A DNA stretch of 64,000 nucleotides from Spirogloea muscicola (lineage: Eukaryota), in NCBI GenBank assembly GCA_009602725.1, contig WELB01000010.1, positions 1,201,585 to 1,265,584 on the forward strand, in the 5' to 3' direction. Both the position numbers and the translations under genes were made by a program. The notes beneath the pieces were generated by a model. That model had not been told where the DNA came from. It saw only the letters and a list, made by a program, of their open reading frames with translations, and did not search any database. Shown one piece after another: positions 54,346 to 64,000 of this stretch (the first letter of the stretch is position 1; each line of letters starts with the position of its first letter).

Positions 54346-54741
54346 TACGTACCGCGTCAGGCGGCCTCCCACGCGCCCGCCGCCGTCAGCTTCGCCTCGT
54401 TCGCCGCTCCGGCCGGCGCCATTTGGCGGGCATGCATTTCTTGGCCGCCTACTTTGTCGTCTTGCCTCGTGGCGGCTCGCTGATTTGCATATCGTTGAAT
54501 ACCAGCAGTACCGTGGCAGTGCCTCAAGGCGCCTCCGCAGCGGCGGACGGGTCGTGTTTCTGGCCCTGGCTTGAGGACCCGTAACCAGGAGCCCGGTTTT
54601 CCCGACATGCGGCGCGGCTGCTTAGCAGGGTTACTGATTGAGTATTTCGAAGCTGCTTCAATCCATATGTGCTAGCTTTCGCGATTTCCCTTGGCCCCTC
54701 CGACCTTTGTTCATTCCTTGATTGGGGCTGGCCTCTCTCAG

Positions 54742-54880
54742 CTCCTCCCCCCTTCTGCCGTAGCCTCTTCAGGCCCCACAGTCGCTGCTTAGCTCGTAGT
54801 TTGGCCCCTTCGAACCTGTCAATTCTTTTCGGGCTGGCTTCTCACAGCCCTTGCCCCCATTGGGAGAGCCACTTCTTCTC
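54742..54880 (-). repeat. Dispersed intergenic repeat, copy related to 28469-28598
   Basis: The reverse complement aligns with 28469-28598 over about 130 bp. Confidence 0.85.
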
Positions 54881-55352
54881 AGCCACCGCCCTCTTATGGA
54901 GGCGTCGTTCTCTTCTGGCCCTTCGCTGCTCAAGCTCAGCCCTACTGCATCCATTGTGAGATGTATTTACCGGGCCGGTATGTGTTGTAACATTGATTGT
55001 TGGTGGCCGCCCCCGTGGGCCACGGCACCTGCATGCCCACAGCTTCCCGCCCGCCCGCCCGCCCCAAAGCTCTCTAGGACCAGGCCAGGCCCCCGCCGCG
55101 CCGCGCCCCCATCCCGTCACCTGCGCGGCANCGGCGGCGGCGGCGGCGGCGGCGACGGCGGCGGCGGTCGTGGCGGTACTCGTCTACCGCTAGAGGGTGG
55201 CTCGAGCGCAGCTCACGAGCGCCGGGCGCAGCCAGGTCTCGCGGCGGCGCAGCCCGCTGCGGCGTCGAGGCGACCGCCGTGCGCGTGTGGCTCAAACGAG
55301 GAGGAGCGGCGGCAGAAGGCGCGCAGGCTACCAGCCGGCCGTCTTGGCTGCC

Positions 55353-58228
<2,876 letters not shown>

Positions 58229-59286
58229 CATGCCGGACGGGCTTGCTGTCTGACATTCAGCTGACGCCTTAGGAAATCTGTAGGCCAGAGAAGTGTACGA
58301 CGCCCACCCATTACTGGGCCTCCGGCGCTTGACATAGTGGACTGAGAGTAGTGGCATCTTGGCCAGGCTTGATCTGGTACAGACTCCGTCAGGCCTGCGC
58401 CAAGTCCAGCACGTCATGACAAGTTTGTGGAGTCCTGTGCACTTGCAGCTAGATGCCCTCCCCGTGCACGACCTCCCAGCTCTAGGTACATTGCTTAGAT
58501 TGTCAGTGTTACAGAGTGCTGCTTTTTGCTGGCAGCCCGTGCAGATTGGTGATTTTGCGAATTTGAGTCGCAAATTTGAGTACTTTTTAAGCACTGGAAA
58601 TATCTTCAGGTTCATGATAGAACACATCATAGGTCTGCCAAATTGTTTATGCAATGGCCGTGTACAAGCCTTCGTTGGTGGACTCGGTTGGTCGCACGAC
58701 AGCTCCCCGTGCAGAATCACAGCAGCTCTCCTGTTTGCTAACACGGGAGTACTAAGAGCGCCGTGTCTGCCTAGCCTGTGGCTCCCCTGCTCTACATATT
58801 TGCAACAGTTTTTGCCTGAACAACGTATTGGCTTGAAGAGAGAGAGGGAGAAGGCGCGCGGTGCACATGAAATTGAAAGGGAGGCCAATCCTAGCCTTAC
58901 AAATGTCCTGTCAACTGGGTAACGAGCTGGCTAAGGTGGACACGGCTTGACTAGTCCTCCCTTCCATTGCCATTTCCACTTCCCTTTCCATTTGTACTTG
59001 GCCACACAGGCTCTCCATCTCTTAATACACACTCCATTTCATGCGCACCGCGGGCCTCCTCTCCTATTATGATCACTATTTATATATTATTGTTATTGTC
59101 AGGCTCTTTTTGCACCTGGCTGGCTTTAACAGCACCTCCTTAAGTATCAGCAGCCGCACTCCTCCCCCCGACAGTTGCAGGCAGCCGTGTTAGCACCCTC
59201 TCGCCAGCCTGCGCCGCCATTGTGTTGCACTCCCACTGACTCGGCTGCGGCAGTAAGGGGCGCGTAGTCGCGCCGCCGGCGGCGCG

Positions 59287-62200
59287 ATGGCCGACGTGCG
59301 CTGCGCCGCTGCGGGCGAGGCGCACACGCTCGTCGTGACAGGTGGGACGATGCTCCCCCACGCTCGCCAGTGCTCCTCAAAGGCACCTTGGCGGCCGCCC
59401 CGCCGCTTGCCCTGTCGGCTGGTAGCCTCGAGCTGGCCCTCGGGCGTGCGATGACGAGAAGGCGGCGAGCGGCTCTGGCGCGTGTCTCCCCCGATGGCCG
59501 TGCTGCAGACGGGGGCCGCCTAGCCGCCTGGGGCCGCGGCGGCTTCGGCCGCCTCGGCACGGGCGTCTCAGAGGACGCCGCGCTCCCGCGGCTCGTCGCC
59601 CTGCGGAGTCCGGCGCCAGAGCGCCGGCCGCCTGCCGTTAGTCCACCGCCACCAGGTGCGCATTCCCATTTCTAATTGCGTTATCTCACACTAACTTTGC
59701 ATGCAGGTCCTTACGCCAGAATAAGGAACGTAATGTTTATAAACCTTAGGGGACGACCTCAGAGCTGCAATGCCAAGTGAGCCAGCAGATGGACCTGTAG
59801 GGGTTAGGATTTGATGGCTAGGAGTTTAGGTTTCATATTGTCTAGGGATTTGGGGTTTAGGTGACCTGTGCACGTTGCTCGCAGGGCCTGACCATCATCG
59901 GCTTGCTACAATCAGTGACGGCGGCTGGCGCGCTGAGCTCTGAAGGCAGGGCTAGAAGCTGCAGCAGAGGAGGAGGAGTGCGTCGTCGCTGCAGCCGCAG
60001 GCGCGTACCACGGCCTCGCTTTGACAGGCAAGCAGCCACCTCACGAACACCAGTGGTTGCACAGCTTTTGTCAACCCACAGCACTTGGCCTGTGCAATGA
60101 CACGTGAGACCAGCATCAGCTGTACCTCAATCAAACCTAACATGATAAGTCCTGTACTCCACTCTACCGACTGATAACCTACTTGCGGCAGCTCGTGTCA
60201 GTGTGACAGTCTGATTAACATTGACTCAAGACCTCTGCTGGCGCTCTTTGCAGGGCGAGGCACGGTGTGGACTTGGGGTTATGATGCCTGTATCCTGCAG
60301 TCTGGGAGGACTGGATAATCACTTGCTGCTCAGGCAACTCACTGCTTAAACAAGCTGCATATGTGCAGTTCCAATCCAAGCAACATCGCAAGCTTTTACA
60401 ACAGCCACAAAGTGCTGTTTCAAGGCGGCTAAAATTCTGGCTAGTGTATGAGCCGAAAGTCGACTTGAAGTTCGGTATCTTATACAGCATCACGAGGTTC
60501 AAGAAAGTACAATGAACGGCCTTGCTCTGAGTTAAACTGTCAGGTCTGCATTGCACTCATTCGAGGATAGGTGTCATCAACTGTCAGGCATGTTTGCATT
60601 CGCGAGTCAATCCTTGATGTCGATGTCATGCAGATGGACAGCTCGGGGGCGGCGAGCAGGACTCACCGTATTCCATACCCAATCCCGTCCAATTTATAGA
60701 GGCGGGCCAAGACGCGCACATTGCGGCCGTGGCGGCGGGAGGTATGATGTCTGCAGCCATTGACGCAGATGGCGGGCTCTGGTTATGGGGCCGCTGCCCT
60801 GCTCCTGTCCAACCACCACCCCTGGGAAGCCTGCACTGTCAGCGAGAGGCAGAGAATGCAGCCGAGGACAGCAGTCGAGCCGGCAGTGGGGAACAAATAG
60901 CAACTGCCTGTGACAATCAAGAGGCACTGTCATCATGCACCGATGCCAGCAGACAGCTTGTCGATGGCGTGGAGAGAACACTGATTGTCGAGGTGCTCCA
61001 GACAATCAACATCCCTAAGAGACTCTGGCTTCCGCTCAGCACTACCATCCTGGCCGTGGCTTGTGGGAGCGAGCACGTGCTGGCCACAATGACGGTCCTT
61101 CCCAGCCGTGCGGTCCCTGCCGACTTCAGTCTGACGGATGGAAAACATGGCGCAATGCCCGTGGAGCTCTATGCGTGGGGCTCGAACCAGCATGGCCAGC
61201 TGGGCTTGGGCGATACTGCAAACCAGAGCACGCCCCAGCGTGTGTTGGAGCTGTGCATGCCTGCTTTCGGCCAGGTTGTGACCTTTGCTTGCGGCGCCTT
61301 TCACAGCGTGGTGGTGACCGGCCCTGCCAAGAGCTCCGCAGACACCCTGCTCGCAGGTCCCAGTACTCCGGACGCTGCGGCGCCCCAGCCAGCAGGGGGC
61401 TCGCGGGGCTCTGTGTGCTGGACCTTCGGCCTTGGCTCAGATGGTCAGCTGGGCTTGGGAACATCGGCAAGGTAAGACTCAGATTAACAAGCTGGGTGCC
61501 AGTGCGTGACTTACATGTATTGTGAATCATTTTTGCGCTCATTAGCTGCTTTATCATCAGTGTGAAAGTCAAGTTTTTTTAACCTAATGAGTGCAGCCAA
61601 GCGCAGCCGAGGCAAGTGCAAGGCCTGCCAAGGGAGGAACCAATTGCTGCTGTGGCTTGCGGTCTCTTCCACTCCTGCGTTGTGGTGGGCGGCGGCGCCG
61701 TCTTCGCCTGGGGCATGGCGGGTGGCCTAGGCCTCTGCCCGGACTTGGGGCCTCCGGGGGCCGATGCCGGGCCGGCGTTTGTGCCAGTCCGTGTGCCATT
61801 GCCGTATGAATGGGGGCCCGTGCAGAGCATCACCTGCGGTGCTGCGCACACTGTGGCTGTTTGTGATGAGGTGGAGTCTCTAGCCTCTGATATGAAAGCC
61901 TAACCCTGAACCCTGAGGAGTATCTGGCAGTCTCAAATGTCCACAGCTTTATTCCTGCAATCCCCTCAGCAGAGTGGCAACCTTCTGCAGAATCCATCAA
62001 GTGACTGAGAGTACGATTTGTTTGACTTACTGATGAGATGTATTTCCAGTAAGTCAAACAATTTATGCTTATAATGATTTCAACTGCAGGGAAGGACGTT
62101 GTTAGCCTGGGGCCGAAATCAGAGCGGGGAGCTGGGGAATGGGACCTGCCTAGACAGCTATCTCCCGCAACGCGTGGCATGGCCGCAGCCACAGGGTGCA

Positions 62201-63854
62201 AGCTGCCTGTACGCATCGGTGCTTTCTTGTCATCTGACCATCCTGGCACGGCAAGTGTTGGGCTTGAGAAGTTGCAACACTGGAAGACAGCTGCTTACAT
62301 GGGCTAAACATAGCTGTTGTCAAGGTTGATAACGCAATGACCTGACTAAATTTGATGTTGTCACGATCAATGTAGGAGTATCTTTGACAAGAGCTCTGCC
62401 TACCACATCACTACCATCCCATCCTCTTCTGGTGATCATCTCTGCAGGAACTTTTCTGAGGCAGTCCGGAACAAGGTGAATCCAGAGAGCGCGCCCGCAG
62501 CACAGGTACTCATTGTCACTGCAGACTGTAGTGCGTACCGAGTGCTCCTGCAGGGTCCTCGGTGGCAAGTGCGCTGAGCACAGCGAACTCGCTTTGCCAC
62601 ACTGGCGAGTAACAGTCCCTATGTCGGCTCTAGCCTGGGAATACAAAGGTTGCAGAATGTAGGCCCGGATGTTACTCAGACTTGCAGTGTACCCAAGAAT
62701 ACTTCATTGACTCAATCTGACAGTAAGGGAGAGCACAGGCTGCAGATGCTGGGCGGCTGGAGAAGGCAGTGGCTGCTCTGACTCGTGAGCTGGAAGAGCT
62801 CAGCTCGCATCTAAGCATGCAGCAGCGCCAGCTTGCCACCATGCAGGCTGGTGAGCTCCCTTGGCTGCCTGAGCAGAGACTAGATGACATTGTCTTCCTC
62901 CTCCTATTCGAGACAATACAGCGAAGCTTGCCTTGGCCCGCAGCATTCAAAATTCCAGGATCTGCTTGTCAGGGTCAAGATGACTGCAAAGAAGGAGGAT
63001 AGCATGACGTTGCAAATTGTTTGAAGTACGGGGACCTGAATGCTGCCCTCAACCTTTCTGGCGCCTCATCAGCACTCTTTGGCAAACCCGTGGACGGAGG
63101 CCCTGCTCTGCTCGAGGACTGGGCCAGGAGCTTGCGGGCTGCTTCTGTAGTGGACCTCGCCAAGCTGCAGGTCAGCATTGCAATTTGATGCAGCAAATAG
63201 AATTGAACGTGGATGACCCCTAAACCCTAAACCCTAAACGCCTTGATTGGGGTCACAACAAGTGACATCGCCAAGCTGCAGGTCAGCATTGCAACTTGAT
63301 GCAGCAAATAGGATTGAACGTGAATGAACATGCCTTGGCTGGGGTCACAACAAGTGACATAGACTAATCCCTGTGGCTCTCTGATGCTGATACATGGTAA
63401 ATTCATATCCATCCTTATGCCTTATGCCTGCAGTCTCTCAATCAATCAGTGCACATCAACAAGTCTGTACGTGCACAACTAGCTCACTGCTTCAATAAGC
63501 CTCTGCTTTCATTCTTGCTAGGCATTTTACCAGAACATGGCGCGGCAGGTGGATGATGAGATTCTGGATCGCAAGGTGCGCGGGCTCTGCCAGAGGCACC
63601 TGGCCGACCGCCTCCCCCTCGCCACCACTTCCGCCCTGCCTCCAGAGCTGTTGCCGACCATCTCCCCTTCCAGGGCCTCACCCTCGGCTACGCCGCTCGG
63701 CACCACTGGCTCAGCCTTGGATAGATCTCCAGCAAGCTTCCAGCAATCTGGATTCCCTCCGAACACACCCATGAATCCGATGCTGGGCAGGACTGGCCCA
63801 GGGGTCCTGCCGCCGGAGCTGGAAGATCTCCGAAGGAAGATGCATGCGCTCTGA
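59287..63854 (+). CDS. RCC1/UVR8-like repeat protein with C-terminal coiled-coil (second RCC1-family gene)
   Basis: MADVRCAAAGEAHTLVVT|DGGRLAAWGRGGFGRLGTG, AAGAYHGLALT, WTWGYDAYGQLG, ACGSEHVLA, AWGSNQHGQLGLG, ACGAFHS, ACGLFHS, CGAAHTVA, AWGRNQSGELG, then LAKLQ|AFYQNMARQVDD. Internal exon structure is partly uncertain. Confidence 0.85.
60290..60633 (+). other. Probable U12-type (minor spliceosome) GT-AG intron
   Basis: 5' site GTATCCTG, branch TCCTTGAT at 60611-60618 close to the 3' CAG, no polypyrimidine tract. Removal restores the RCC1 motif GYDAY-GQLG. Confidence 0.78.
63157..63360 (+). repeat. Tandem duplication of an exon end plus 5' splice site, the first copy carrying (CCCTAAA)3
   Basis: tcgccaagctgcagGTcagcattgcaa.ttgatgcagcaaatag.attgaacgtg.atga...ccttg..tggggtcacaacaagtgaca occurs at 63157 and 63268. 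Telomere repeats at 63218-63238 are present only in copy 1. Confidence 0.9.
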
Positions 63855-64000
63855 GCCCTCGCGTGTTATTGCCCATCATGTTCTATGGTGCTGTTTCCAG
63901 TTCATTAAAATCAGTCGATGCCCCTTCTCTCCTTCTATGGTCGTGGGCCAGGGCTGGGCCAGGGCAAGGCCAGGTGCAAATGCTGCCTTTCGGCCAGCTT

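Overview
Gene-dense, GC-rich, intron-containing eukaryotic nuclear DNA from a green plant lineage. The gene content is land-plant-like, the introns are compact, GCC/CGG microsatellites sit at gene 5' ends and TTTAGGG-type motifs occur, so a streptophyte alga is plausible but is an inference. I can support 16 spliced protein-coding genes: SF3A2, organellar uL30, a GT8 PGSIP7/8-like glycosyltransferase, an At1g01500-like protein, an SRPBCC cyclase-like protein, two small membrane proteins, two RCC1-repeat proteins, GDP-fucose synthase, RFC4, fibrillin 7, ANKZF1/Vms1, NT5C3, sphingosine kinase and MIPS. A further polyamine locus is the most striking feature. At 38755-42430 an intact S-adenosylmethionine decarboxylase joins, through an in-frame GT-AG intron, to an intact ornithine decarboxylase. 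This predicts a single ~851-aa bifunctional AdoMetDC-ODC protein downstream of the classic plant tiny/small polyamine-sensing uORF pair. The window also holds a degenerate CRE-like RLE non-LTR retrotransposon, a Harbinger/Tourist-like MITE, a copia relic, a dispersed repeat, a likely U12-type intron, four GC-AG introns and intronic telomere-repeat tracts. Several N-gaps truncate gene starts. Family assignments come from motif recognition by eye; no database search was run.
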